From positions 21,314-85,313 of the IMG/VR virus record IMGVR_UViG_3300020582_000006: a stretch of DNA of 64,000 nt; one strand, written 5' to 3'. The notes beneath the pieces were generated by a model. The model did no database searches. It saw nothing but the letters and a program-made list of their open reading frames with translations, and was not told the DNA's origin. How positions within the stretch are numbered: the stretch's first letter is position 1; each line of letters begins with the position of its first letter. Source of the stretch: a virus. Positions 19,535-29,194 of this stretch are shown piece after piece. Made by a program: the position numbers and the translations under genes.

Positions 19535-20521
19535 TCAGGGTTTTCCTCGTTTCCCCGCTGCCGGGCGAATCGCCTGGCCTGGTCGGACGACGAGGAAATC
19601 GGCCGTCAGCTCTGCCGGACACGCAGGCCAAAGTCCGCGAACGGTATCCATCCATTTCGATATCTGTTCCCGGAATCGACGTGGTCGCGCGTAGTCTATT
19701 ACCCCTAATTGAAATTCCAGTCCCGCTTCTCCGAATATGGGGATGAGTTGCTCCTGCGTTGCCGTGAAGCAGCGCCAGATGAGCCAACACGTGAAATCCA
19801 GTGCGCCCGGAGCATGCGCCAGCTGCCGGACTATGTTCATATCAATCGGGATCGGGTGGTTTTTTACTTCGTTCCAGAACTGCTCTGACAGCACGATGAC
19901 GTTCTGAAAGTCTTCACCCGGCAATCCGGGGTGGTCGCCGTTTGAATACCAAAGCCGCATCTGATCGAAGAAATTGAACCGTGACCGATCGATGTATCTG
20001 GCCTGTCCTCTTGTGCCGTCGGTACTGAAGTAGATCGTGGCATCAAAAAGGCGCTCGAAGCCCTCGACGATGCGTTTGTAGTGGAACCCGCTGGTACTGA
20101 GTCCGAACTCGCGGAGCATCTCAGCTGCGCTGTCGAAGGTAACGCGTCGGTTCTGTTTGATCACAGCAAGAGTACTGATCCATAAGGGAATAAGCCGGTC
20201 CTGACCGAAGGGAAGCCCCAGTTTGGAAGTGGTCGCTATGCGTAATGAGAACCGCCCGTTGACTCGCGTATACTCCTTGACCCCTGCAGCTGGCCGCCGG
20301 ATAGGAAGCCCGCACAGAACGAATGGACGCGTGTTATAGCCTATCGATTGTCGGCCTTCCTCTCTCGCCGCCCGGACCAGTTCGATACCTTCGACGCGCT
20401 TCTGAAATTGCTTTGATACGCCACGAAGTTCGCGTCGGACCGGCTCGGCTGGAAGATCCAACCCGTTGACGAAGTCCGTATCCCCTGCTCTCACCAATGC
20501 CGGTTTTATGTTGTCTTTCAT
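19535..20521 (-). CDS. repA: Plasmid replication initiator protein A (RepA_C-like family)
   Basis: FVLCGLP.RRP, R.NG, GLPFGQDRL, V.LSE.F..E...HPIPID and ALD...WL..R motifs. ATG at 20521 overlaps the upstream stop. Adjacent iterons. Confidence 0.85.
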   Translation of the reverse strand: MKDNIKPALVRAGDTDFVNGLDLPAEPVRRELRGVSKQFQKRVEGIELVRAAREEGRQSIGYNTRPFVLCGLPIRRPAAGVKEYTRVNGRFSLRIATTSKLGLPFGQDRLIPLWISTLAVIKQNRRVTFDSAAEMLREFGLSTSGFHYKRIVEGFERLFDATIYFSTDGTRGQARYIDRSRFNFFDQMRLWYSNGDHPGLPGEDFQNVIVLSEQFWNEVKNHPIPIDMNIVRQLAHAPGALDFTCWLIWRCFTATQEQLIPIFGEAGLEFQLGVIDYARPRRFREQISKWMDTVRGLWPACPAELTADFLVVRPGQAIRPAAGKRGKP

Positions 20522-20883
20522 AGCTCGTGGCACTCGAACAGACTCCCCTGGCTGTAGATGGAACGTAACGCCTCGCGCGGGATCTCCCATGCTGGCACAC
20601 TCGCGTACTCGATCTCGGGCAGCAGCCACAGCTGGCCGGACTCGCGCGCCCGCCGGCGGCGCATGACGGCGATCTTATGCCGCGCGTCGGCCCGGGAGTG
20701 GCAGGGAGCGCAGCGGATCCGCACGCTCGATGTCCGGGGATCGTGCGTCTCATGCGTGAGCTGCACGTACCGCGGAATCGGGCACAGACAGTCGCGGCAG
20801 ACGGCGCCGCGCGAGGCGATCAGGGCCAGCCGGTACCGCTGCCACTCCGGACCATAGAACTGCCTGTAAGACGCCCGGATCAT
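20518..20883 (-). CDS. HNH-like endonuclease
   Basis: Y..EW, CRDC, LTHETHDP and C..CH...D motifs. Confidence 0.6.
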   Translation of the reverse strand: MIRASYRQFYGPEWQRYRLALIASRGAVCRDCLCPIPRYVQLTHETHDPRTSSVRIRCAPCHSRADARHKIAVMRRRRARESGQLWLLPEIEYASVPAWEIPREALRSIYSQGSLFECHEL

Positions 20884-21149
20884 CGCTTTACGTGGGCTCT
20901 CTTCTTCCCAAGCGGCACTGTCGGCACAATCAGGCCGGACAGTATGTCGGCTTCTCTCGCCAGCGCGATCGGATTGGGCCGCACCGCTCCCGTGAACCAG
21001 CTGGAAAGCCCGGCTGCAGCTTCGGCGCAGCCTGAGCACAGTGTTTCGTCATGCCACGAGCACGGCGGATCGCAGGCGTTCTCTTCCGTGCAGGCGCAGA
21101 CTCTGCAGGCACGTTGTTTCGGCTTCGCCGGGAGGCGCGGTTTTCTCAT
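20880..21149 (-). CDS. Small Cys-rich phage protein
   Basis: CRVCACTE.NAC...CSW....LCS.C motif. Confidence 0.6.
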   Translation of the reverse strand: MRKPRLPAKPKQRACRVCACTEENACDPPCSWHDETLCSGCAEAAAGLSSWFTGAVRPNPIALAREADILSGLIVPTVPLGKKRAHVKR

Positions 21150-21673
21150 CGGGCAGCCTCGGCTTTCTTCGGGAACAGCCCCATGAGGATGCCTTGATAG
21201 CCGCTGTGTTCGTCGGCAACCGTGACTAACGGATCGCCGACCAGTTCGATCCGGCCGTCGACGATCTTGTATTCCTGAATGGCAGTCTGCTGGTAATCGG
21301 CTGTCTCGAGCGAACAGGCGACAGCCTCTCGTCTGGGGATTATCCCCAGGTTCATGCAATCCTCGATCGTCAGCTGGAATACCTCGCGGAAGGCTTGCAG
21401 TTCCGGCCGCGTACTGAATGAGATCAGCGTATCGCTCAACATGATCACGGCCTGGATCCCGCCCGACTGGACGCGCCGCCGCAGGTCTTCGCCCAGTTCA
21501 ATCTTGCACTCCCGATTGTTGGTCACCTCGTCGTCAACCAGGACGACGTCATAGGAGCCGTCCTGGCGGATCAGATGGAACATCTGCGTCAAATCGCCCT
21601 TGTTCAGGACGATCTGGTCGATGCCGTAGTTCAGCGTTCTCGCTGCCATAGCGATCAGTTCCTCTGTCGTCAT
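21146..21673 (-). CDS. Hypothetical protein
   Basis: Coupled ORF in the leftward operon. Confidence 0.6.
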   Translation of the reverse strand: MTTEELIAMAARTLNYGIDQIVLNKGDLTQMFHLIRQDGSYDVVLVDDEVTNNRECKIELGEDLRRRVQSGGIQAVIMLSDTLISFSTRPELQAFREVFQLTIEDCMNLGIIPRREAVACSLETADYQQTAIQEYKIVDGRIELVGDPLVTVADEHSGYQGILMGLFPKKAEAAR

Positions 21674-21678
21674 GGGCC

Positions 21679-21903
21679 TTAATCCATGTGCTCCAGCTTC
21701 TCGGCCGCCGACTGCACGATAAACGCGCTGCGGCTGATGCCCAGGCGTCTGGCCCCCTTGTCGATGCGGCCAAGCAGAACCGGATCGATCCGTATCATCG
21801 TGGGTTTCTTGTTGGCCTGTTCGTCGGGCAACCTGCCCGACTTCGAGATGAAGGCTTTGGCCTTGCGTTCTTTGACTGCGGTGGGATTTCTAGCGATTGC
21901 CAT
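21679..21903 (-). CDS. RHH partition adaptor (ParG/CopG-like)
   Basis: TMIRID..LL.RID..A...GISRSAFI is a clear RHH pattern. Overlaps the parA 3' end. Confidence 0.8.
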   Translation of the reverse strand: MAIARNPTAVKERKAKAFISKSGRLPDEQANKKPTMIRIDPVLLGRIDKGARRLGISRSAFIVQSAAEKLEHMD

Positions 21904-22552
21904 TCGATACCTCTTGTATATCGTTTGTATAGAGGAATTTTACAAGCTGATTCATCTCGTCCGCGGCCTTCTGGTCCTCGCGGTATTCGGCCACGGACAG
22001 GCCCAGCGCGGCCGCGTTCGGGAAGGCCTTGCGCCGTCCGATCATGCAGGGGGCGATCTCGATGCCGGCGATCTCGCGCAAAGCGGCCAGCGCCGCCTCG
22101 TTGTCTTTGCCCTGCGGATCGGCCTCATTGATGACGGCGACGGCGCGCAGCGACTCATTGATCTCGCGGGCTTCCGCTACCAGCTCGCATGTCTCTTCGC
22201 TGCGCCACAGATCAAAGCTGCGCGGCTTGAGCGGGATCAGGACGGTATCGGCGACCGTGAGCGCCGCCCGCAGGCTGCCGGTCGCGTCCTCGCCGCCGAT
22301 GTCGATCACGATGTCGGCGAACTTCGAGGTCAGCTGCCGGACCTGAGTCCGGATATTCGCGCCGCGCAAAGCGACGGCGGTGTAACCCGACTTGCCCTTC
22401 GCTGTCGTGCGCAGATCGGTGAACGCGAGCGCCGCGCCCTCGGCGTCGATCAGCAGAACGTCCCGGCCGTTCGCGGCTAACGTGATTGCCAGATTCACTG
22501 CCAGGGTCGTTTTGCCAACGCCGCCTTTCAGGTTGCCGACCGTAAAAATCAT
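21890..22552 (-). CDS. parA: ParA family (type Ib, ParF-like) ATPase
   Basis: Deviant Walker A KGGVGKTT, IVID, AD.VLIP and G.SV.EY motifs. Confidence 0.9.
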   Translation of the reverse strand: MIFTVGNLKGGVGKTTLAVNLAITLAANGRDVLLIDAEGAALAFTDLRTTAKGKSGYTAVALRGANIRTQVRQLTSKFADIVIDIGGEDATGSLRAALTVADTVLIPLKPRSFDLWRSEETCELVAEAREINESLRAVAVINEADPQGKDNEAALAALREIAGIEIAPCMIGRRKAFPNAAALGLSVAEYREDQKAADEMNQLVKFLYTNDIQEVSNGNR

Positions 22553-22731
22553 GCAGGCTCCTCTTCAATCGGGATTTCATCAGAAGCCCCGGTGACCCAT
22601 TCGATGCCCTGTTTCACGCCCTGTTCGTAGGACATCCCCGGCACGGAACTGCCGCCGTGTTCCTCCCACGCGTTGGCGGAGTTGAGAACATTGTCGATTT
22701 CAGAATCGGTTCGTTTGATCTTGTATGCCAT
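22549..22731 (-). CDS. Small hypothetical protein
   Basis: AAGGAAG RBS, ATGA overlap with parA, and a PGMSYEQGV...W motif. Confidence 0.6.
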   Translation of the reverse strand: MAYKIKRTDSEIDNVLNSANAWEEHGGSSVPGMSYEQGVKQGIEWVTGASDEIPIEEEPA

Positions 22732-22795
22732 TGCTTCCTTTCCACATGGACCGATTATCAAACGAGTGACAACAGATATACAAGCGCAATCGGTT

Positions 22796-23275
22796 ATGAT
22801 ACGACAAATGATGAAACCGTTCACCGAAGGCACGCCGCCGCCCGCCCGCTTCAATGCAGGCGAACGGGCGTTCTATAACGGCAAGTATCAGGCGATCCTG
22901 AAAGACGCCGGTGGCATGGTAATCCTTACCATCCGGCGCGAAGACCGGCGGCCGGTCACCGACTGGCGAGACGTGCAGTGGATCAAGAACCAGTTACTCG
23001 GTCCGGAGGTGGAGGCTGTGCAGCTCTTCCCGGCCGAGTCGCGGCTGGTCGATACTTCGAACCAGTTCTATCTCTATGCCTCCAAGCAGGAAGGCTATCG
23101 CTTCCCCTTCGGCTTCACTGAGCGGCGGGTAGCTGAGGGCATCAGCGTCAAGCTCGAAAACTGTGCGCCGTCACAGCAGCGGCCGTTCGCCGATCACGTC
23201 CGGCCCGCGGATCTGAAAGAGAGCGAGGAACTGCTGGCGCAGGAACTCCGCGAGGTCGGGATCGAACCGCTGTGA
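22796..23275 (+). CDS. Conserved phage protein (DW..Q.IKN..GPE.EA...PAESRLVD family)
   Basis: Motif shared with the paralog at 51299-51874. Confidence 0.7.
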   Translation: MIRQMMKPFTEGTPPPARFNAGERAFYNGKYQAILKDAGGMVILTIRREDRRPVTDWRDVQWIKNQLLGPEVEAVQLFPAESRLVDTSNQFYLYASKQEGYRFPFGFTERRVAEGISVKLENCAPSQQRPFADHVRPADLKESEELLAQELREVGIEPL

Positions 23276-23568
23276 TCTGTGACATCTGCCTTGCGCCGCA
23301 CGAAGAACTGTGGGGATTCTCAGTCGCCGGCTTCTATGAACCGTTTACCGATGTCGTGAACGTTGCCGGCGAGTGGGGAGTCTGCGACGAATGCAAGCTG
23401 CTGATCGACGCGCGGGACGCCGCCGGGATTGTAGCTCGCGTCAAGACTGACAGCGCCCGGGTGACGCGGCTTATCGCGCCGTTCTATGTGATGCTGATCG
23501 CCAACATCACGGGGCCGCTGGTCCGGATTCGCGACCAGACGACCCCGCTCTATGGCATTATCGAGTGA
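23272..23568 (+). CDS. Zn-binding hypothetical protein
   Basis: CDIC...W.VC.EC..LI, similar to the ORF at 36543-37058. Confidence 0.55.
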   Translation: MICDICLAPHEELWGFSVAGFYEPFTDVVNVAGEWGVCDECKLLIDARDAAGIVARVKTDSARVTRLIAPFYVMLIANITGPLVRIRDQTTPLYGIIE

Positions 23569-23919
23569 GCTTCCAGTTCCTCTGAAATCAGGTGCGGTTT
23601 TCTGCAATCGGGATACGCGAGTCCCGAAACAGAAAAGCCAGCGGTTCACGGCCGCTGGCTGGTTTCAATCCGGGGACTGAAAGGCGGTGGTTCTATGTAC
23701 ACCGTTAGACTGATGGTCACGATCCATATGATCGTGATCGTGATAACGCTGTCGTTCCGTAAGGGCCGATAAGCTGAATCAGGGGAAGCTGGGCAGCAAC
23801 CCGGCTTTCCCTCAGTCTTGAAAATACCACAGACGGGATAAAATCTGGTCTCAGGCTGCCTAGTCCGGCCAGACGACAAGCGGGAAACCTCACCCGCTGG
23901 CAGCCTGCCTCGAAGAACA

Positions 23920-24513
23920 TCATTTCCATAACTTCTCGAACCGGGCCGCATTCGTAGCGGTATACTTCACCGTGTGCTCGATCTTGCGATGGCCGAGGTA
24001 GTCCTGAATGAGCCGGGTGTCGGCGCCCTGATCGGCAAGGGCGAAGCCGCAAGCGTGCCGCAGCATGTGCGGGTGGGCCGTGAAGGGCAGGTCAGCCGCT
24101 GCGCTCGCGGTCTTGAGCAGATAGTTCACGCTCGACCGGTGCAGAGGCTTGCGCTGTTCCGAGACAAAGAAGGCTTTGACGGTCGCCGGCACGTTCATGG
24201 CTGTCCGGACTTTGAGCCAGGTCCTGATCGCCCGCACTTCCTCGACGCGCAGCGGGTGAGTGGTCGAGAGCCCGCGCTTGAGGCGTTTGACATGCAGGAT
24301 GCGGCTTTCGGTGTCCACATGGTCGAGCGGCAGGCTGCAGATCTCCGACACGCGATAGCCGTGGCGGAAGCTGAGAAGCAGCAGGCAGCGATCGCGCTCC
24401 CGGTTGCGGCTGATCTCGGAGGCGGCGTCGATGAGTTTCTCGACCTCGCGTGCGGTAAGGTGCAGGCGGTCTGATTTGTCGGGTTTTTCGTCTTGTTTTG
24501 CGTTGTTTCCCAT
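23920..24513 (-). CDS. FimB/FimE-like tyrosine recombinase (catalytic domain only)
   Basis: RHG.RVSE, RLK.GLSTTHPL and HPHMLRHACGFALADQGADTRLIQDYLGH..I.HTV.Y. The catalytic R-K-H-R-H-Y set is intact. Confidence 0.9.
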   Translation of the reverse strand: MGNNAKQDEKPDKSDRLHLTAREVEKLIDAASEISRNRERDRCLLLLSFRHGYRVSEICSLPLDHVDTESRILHVKRLKRGLSTTHPLRVEEVRAIRTWLKVRTAMNVPATVKAFFVSEQRKPLHRSSVNYLLKTASAAADLPFTAHPHMLRHACGFALADQGADTRLIQDYLGHRKIEHTVKYTATNAARFEKLWK

Positions 24514-24935
24514 TTTGTTGAAAGTAAGCCTTTCTGGAATCGGCTCAAGTCCGCGCCAAACGCGGGTGAGTCCTTCTTACTTTCCACAAAATAGCCCTAT
24601 TTGTCGAGAGTAACCGTACTCAGGGTCCTATAACCCCACTTCCACCGGCCAGATCGCGTACAACCTGGCATAGTAAGGGTCCGCCGTTCTTCTTCGAGAA
24701 CCAGGCGCTCTCACTCTCCGCAGATCTTCCGCCTCAGCTCGCGCTCACTTAGAGCGTCATTCACAAAATTTTATACATCCTTTTCGAACCTTCATGCATT
24801 GATAAAAGCCCGAAAATTCGCAAGTCCGTACAAACAGGACTTATCTTACATTTCAGTTGACGAATAAATGAACAATCATGTAGCATTTGGCAGGTTCCGG
24901 TGAGCGTAATTACGCGTCTTACCTTGTAAGTCTGG

Positions 24936-25619
24936 ATGGTTTGTATGCTGGAACACGTGAATGGATCGGAATTACGATCCACGTTCCCTGCCGCCGATCA
25001 GAGATTAGTCGCCCGATCCAGCATCATCACTGACAGGCTGATACCGCCGATGGCGCGCCTGCTCTATCTGTTTCTCGACGACAAAGCCAATGGGGAAGAT
25101 CACGTCGCCATAGATCAGGCGGAAGCCGGACGGATGCTCGGAGTCTGCCGGCGGCAGGTCAATAAACTGGCCAGTTTACTGCAGAATGCGGGCTATATTA
25201 TGGCCCGCCGCTCGCGCCGGGGATCGGCTGAGTATCGCTTCGTCTGGCGCAAACCGGCCGCTCTGGCAGCCTCACTTTCCCGGGAAAGTCCGGCCGTACC
25301 GTTGCCGGACAACGCGATCTATGCGGATATTATTTCGCAAATCAGCGGGGAAACTCCCAGTCCGCGGCTGCTCGACAGAATCCGTGACGTCGAGACCCGG
25401 CTCGATGTGCCGGAACAAGTGATATGCCGCTGGCTCGACGATAAATGCCGCGAACTCAGAGGCAGGGCCGGCGGGCGCCCGTTCGTCGGGATCCTGGGCA
25501 AAGCAGTCGTCGAAGACCTCCCGGGCTGGCTGAGAGTCAATGCGGACCGCGTGCGCGAAGACTTCCGCCGGCGCGATCTGCGCCGCCAGATGCAACTCGG
25601 CTTCGCCCGCTCGTCCTGA
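24936..25619 (+). CDS. Winged-HTH protein, phage replication-initiator-like
   Basis: ARLLYLFL followed by Q.E.G..LGVCRRQV.K....L..AGYI. Followed by origin-like DNA. Confidence 0.6.
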   Translation: MVCMLEHVNGSELRSTFPAADQRLVARSSIITDRLIPPMARLLYLFLDDKANGEDHVAIDQAEAGRMLGVCRRQVNKLASLLQNAGYIMARRSRRGSAEYRFVWRKPAALAASLSRESPAVPLPDNAIYADIISQISGETPSPRLLDRIRDVETRLDVPEQVICRWLDDKCRELRGRAGGRPFVGILGKAVVEDLPGWLRVNADRVREDFRRRDLRRQMQLGFARSS

Positions 25620-25668
25620 CTCGAAACCTTATGCGAAATTTTCCACAGCAGGGTTTTCCACAACCCGA

Positions 25669-25730
25669 TCAAGAAGAGAACTATAGTTCTCTTCTTGAAT
25701 TCAAGAAGAGAACTATAGTTCTCTTCTTGA
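25669..25730. repeat. 62-bp perfect palindrome made of two 30-bp palindromes (TCAAGAAGAGAACTATAGTTCTCTTCTTGA) joined by AT
   Basis: Read directly. Flanked by TTTTCCACA (25639, 25654) and TGTGGAAAA (25738). Perfect DnaA box TTATCCACA at 26050. Confidence 0.9.
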
Positions 25731-26164
25731 ATAAACCTGTGGAAAACTGCCTGCTCGCCTTCTGTTTTCAGTGGCATAGCTCTTGTGCGCTTCCCTGTGG
25801 GGCGCACTTCGGACGCTTTCCGCCTCCCGGCCGCGCTCAGGCCGCGCCGGGCGCTTTCGGGCGGGCGGATGGCCGCCGGCGGCGGATCGGCGCGTCTGAG
25901 TGCACGGAAAACGCAAAGGGCGGCGCAATTCGCGTGACATGTCACACACAAATCGCGCTGCCGCCGAAATTTCCGCTTCGCGCGCGCGAAGGCTTTTCCG
26001 TTATACGGAGTATTTACTTAAAAGTCAGACAGTCTAATACCGCGCTCAATTATCCACAGCTGCCTGTGGGAAAACCCCCGACTGACGGACTGACTGACCT
26101 TCAAAAACAACCGGAAAACCCCGACCGCGCGGGGCTTTCCCATTTTTTGTGTAGATTAGGACCA

Positions 26165-26473
26165 ATGCCGCGAATAACAGCCGAAGACCTGCAATTACGG
26201 GATGCAATGGAAATTCAGCGGGCGCACGACATCCTGAAAGTTATTGCCCTTGAAGAAATTCCGGTGGGTTTCGACGGGCCGGAGGCGGAATTGCAGCGGC
26301 GAATGATGTTCTCCGCGCTCGACGTTCTTTGCTGGGTCCTGCGCCACGATCACAACACACACTTCGAACAGAATCTCGCGGCGATCGAACGCGCCGCGGC
26401 CGCCGCAGGCTTTCATCTGAGCCGCGCCGATGACGAAGAAACCAGCGTGAAGGACGTGCCTGAAACGAAGTGA
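26165..26473 (+). CDS. Hypothetical protein (EI.RAHD...LCWVL.H family)
   Basis: AGGA RBS. Paralog at 63489-63788. Confidence 0.6.
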   Translation: MPRITAEDLQLRDAMEIQRAHDILKVIALEEIPVGFDGPEAELQRRMMFSALDVLCWVLRHDHNTHFEQNLAAIERAAAAAGFHLSRADDEETSVKDVPETK

Positions 26474-27451
26474 TTCAATTCGCCTGTATGTGCGCGTGGA
26501 TGGGAGGCTTGCAGGTATCTCTCTGTCCCCGGCATCCCCAGGCTCACGATTTCAAAGGAGACAAACCCTTGACGGAACCGAAATTCCTGCCCCGGAAACA
26601 CCCCAAAGATCCGCGTGACATATGGACTCACTCCATCGTGTCGCACCGCACCGGACGCGGCTTCGTCGTCGTCGAGTGGAACAACGAAGTCGGCCAGTTC
26701 GATCCGGAGGATGCCCGCCACTTCGCCCATACCCTGATGCGGGAAGCGGACAATGCCGAGACGGACGCCTGGGTCTACTCCCTGCTGAAGGACAAATTGA
26801 AACTGGATGACCACATGATGGCCGCGATCATCACGGACTTCCGCACGGACCGCGCCAGACTCGAGCAGCTCGCCGGGTTGCGCACTACCAAAGACGACTT
26901 ACCAGAGGAGGACCGGCGATGAGCGACGTGGCTGAAGGCTTCCTTGAAGTCGGGAGTAACGGTAAAGGCGAAGTGGTCATCAACCATCCCTCTATGAAGC
27001 TGGATGAGAACGGCGTGGGACATTTCGTGTTCTCCATTAAGCAGGCGCGCGATCTGGCGCGGCTGCTGCTGAAGAAAGCGGATGAGGCGGCGGCCGAGCT
27101 GCGATGACCGATCAGGAGTTTAAGGAATTTGTGTCGGACTGCGTCGAGCGGCCGGAATTCGAGGAAGCCTGGGCGCTTATGAGCAGATCACCCGGCATCG
27201 CCCGGGTCGAGACACTGACGTGGGCATTCGACCATATCAAAATGTCCCGGTGGCATACCGACAGGCTTGATCTCGACGTGAACGACATCATCGTTGAAGC
27301 GACGAAATGGGCGGCAAACCCCGCAGCGAAGTCGGACTTCACTTCGTTCCTGATGATCAGACTTCTCACACTGGCCAGTGTGTTCTTCAATATCGGCGCG
27401 ATTGTGGGGATTACTTCCATGACCGATGAAGAAGAAGACGAAACGGTGTAA
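26470..27451 (+). other. Three coupled hypothetical genes (26470-26922, 26919-27107, 27104-27451)
   Basis: GTGA/ATGA overlaps. Confidence 0.55.
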
Positions 27452-27834
27452 TGAATGAAGATCGTCGCGGCCCCCGGCATTTTCACTCCGTACCGGCCTC
27501 GCCGGACAAAGAGGAAAGGCTCGAGCGCGGTCGAGATCCGCCAGCGGCCCTCGAATCGCCGCAAGCTGGCCGCCTGGCTGAAACGGAAAAAGCTTACTGT
27601 AACTACATGACCCGTCTCCAGATCGCGGCGAATATTGTCGCCCGTTGCCGGCGCGAAGGGCTCGACGCCCGCAAAGCCGGTAAGCCTTATCAGGATTGCC
27701 CTTACCGGGAACACCAGCAGGAACTGGAATACGCCGCCTGGATGGACGGCTGGACGCGAGCCGAAGAGATCGAAGAGGAACTGAAAGGCGGTGACGGCGA
27801 TGATGACGATTGCGGCACTCTCACTGACGCGTAA
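27451..27834 (+). CDS. Protein with Rmf/CrpP-like C-terminal motif
   Basis: EGLDARKAGKPYQDCPY...AAWMDGW resembles Rmf G..A...G.....CPY......W..GW. Confidence 0.55.
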   Translation: MNEDRRGPRHFHSVPASPDKEERLERGRDPPAALESPQAGRLAETEKAYCNYMTRLQIAANIVARCRREGLDARKAGKPYQDCPYREHQQELEYAAWMDGWTRAEEIEEELKGGDGDDDDCGTLTDA

Positions 27835-27837
27835 ACC

Positions 27838-28464
27838 ATGGCCACGGTAATCGGGATCGACCTGTCTCTCTCGGGGACCGGCATCGCGCGGTATTCGAGG
27901 AATCTGCCGGGCAGTCACTTCACGGTGAACTGGAACGTCAAAGGCACTGAGCCTCATGCGCCCGCCAATATGAAGATGCCGGATCATCTCTGGCAATGCG
28001 AACGCCAGGGTCAGCTGCTCACCTTTATCAAAGACTTCATCGGCGATGAGATGCCTGATCTGGTCGTGGTCGAGGATGTATACCGGGGTAAGTCGGGATC
28101 CGCCACGCTCGATCTGGCGCAGCTCGCCGGCCTCGTGCGTTACTGGCTGCACACGGTGAAGAAAGCGCCGTTCGCGCTGGTGGTCGGGCAGGCGTCAAAG
28201 AAGTTCGCCGGTCTGCCCGGTTCAAAGGAAGGCCAGTCGCGGCCGAAGGGTCTGATCTGCAAGTACGTGCAAAGCTCATTCGGCCAGGACATCGACGACG
28301 ATAACTGCGCCGATGCGGTAACCATGGCTTACATGGGCGCGGCGATTCTCAGTCTGTGGCCGGTGCGAACGAAGTATCAGCAGGACGTGATCTCCGGCCT
28401 TATTCAGAAATCGCCCTGGCTGAGACAGTTGAGTAATCTGTCCGCTGCTGCGGCAAAGGCATAA
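27838..28464 (+). CDS. ruvC: RuvC-like Holliday junction resolvase
   Basis: IGIDLSLSGTG, VVVED, KKFA and DDN.ADA motifs. Confidence 0.8.
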   Translation: MATVIGIDLSLSGTGIARYSRNLPGSHFTVNWNVKGTEPHAPANMKMPDHLWQCERQGQLLTFIKDFIGDEMPDLVVVEDVYRGKSGSATLDLAQLAGLVRYWLHTVKKAPFALVVGQASKKFAGLPGSKEGQSRPKGLICKYVQSSFGQDIDDDNCADAVTMAYMGAAILSLWPVRTKYQQDVISGLIQKSPWLRQLSNLSAAAAKA

Positions 28465-28468
28465 CCAT

Positions 28469-29194
28469 ATGGCACGAAGACCACCGGAAGTTACTGCGCC
28501 GCCTCCCGCGCCGCCGCTGACCGTGACCGGCCTGACGATCGAGATGTGGTCGATCGACCGGCTGATCCCCTACGAAGGGAAAGACGGCGGCGGAAACGCG
28601 CGCAGGATTACGACTGCGGCGATCGACAAAGTGGCGCAGTCGATCTCGCGCTTCGGCTGGCAGCAGCCTGTCGTAGTCGAACCGGCGCCTAACGAGGGTG
28701 TCATTATCATCGGCCACGTGCGCCGCCTGGCCGCACTCAAACTGGGCCTGCGCGAAGCGCCGGTGCATGTGGTCCGCGGCCTCTCGCCGCAGCAGATTCG
28801 CGAGCTGCGCATCGCTGACAACCGGACTCACGATGAAGCGACCTTCGACGTGAGCGTACTGCTGAGTGAGATCAAGGACCTCGAACTGGAAGCGACCGGC
28901 TTCGACCGCTGGCAGCTGGATGAGTTCTCAAGCGTGGCCGCGTTCGAGGATGAGATCGTGCCCCTCGGTATCGAGGGCGAAGAGGAGGAGGCGAACGGCG
29001 TCGGCGCGCGCAACCGTAATTACGACCGCGCCCGCATGGTCGATGCGATCCTCTATGTCGAGGACGTGGCCGTATTCGAGAACGCGCTGCGGGCGACGAA
29101 CCTCGCTAACAGGGGAAAGGCTCTGGCCGCCATATGTCAGGCATACTTGGAAACAAACAGCAGAAGCAGAAAGACAACTCAACCGGAAGCCTGA
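28469..29194 (+). CDS. ParB/Srx N-terminal domain protein (type associated with modification modules)
   Basis: LIPY..NAR, SI.RFGWQQP, IIGH.R..AA..LG and RIADNR motifs. Confidence 0.8.
   Translation: MARRPPEVTAPPPAPPLTVTGLTIEMWSIDRLIPYEGKDGGGNARRITTAAIDKVAQSISRFGWQQPVVVEPAPNEGVIIIGHVRRLAALKLGLREAPVHVVRGLSPQQIRELRIADNRTHDEATFDVSVLLSEIKDLELEATGFDRWQLDEFSSVAAFEDEIVPLGIEGEEEEANGVGARNRNYDRARMVDAILYVEDVAVFENALRATNLANRGKALAAICQAYLETNSRSRKTTQPEA

Noticed and set aside
23717-23737. TCACGATC-N5-GATCGTGA palindrome as a recombinase site
   Set aside because: It is a single short copy that does not resemble the 13-7-13 arms. It could be a chance hairpin or a terminator fragment.
25445-26164. N-terminal extension of the 25445-26473 ORF
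   Set aside because: It reads through the palindrome and origin-like DNA. The likely real start is the ATG at 26165, which has an RBS.
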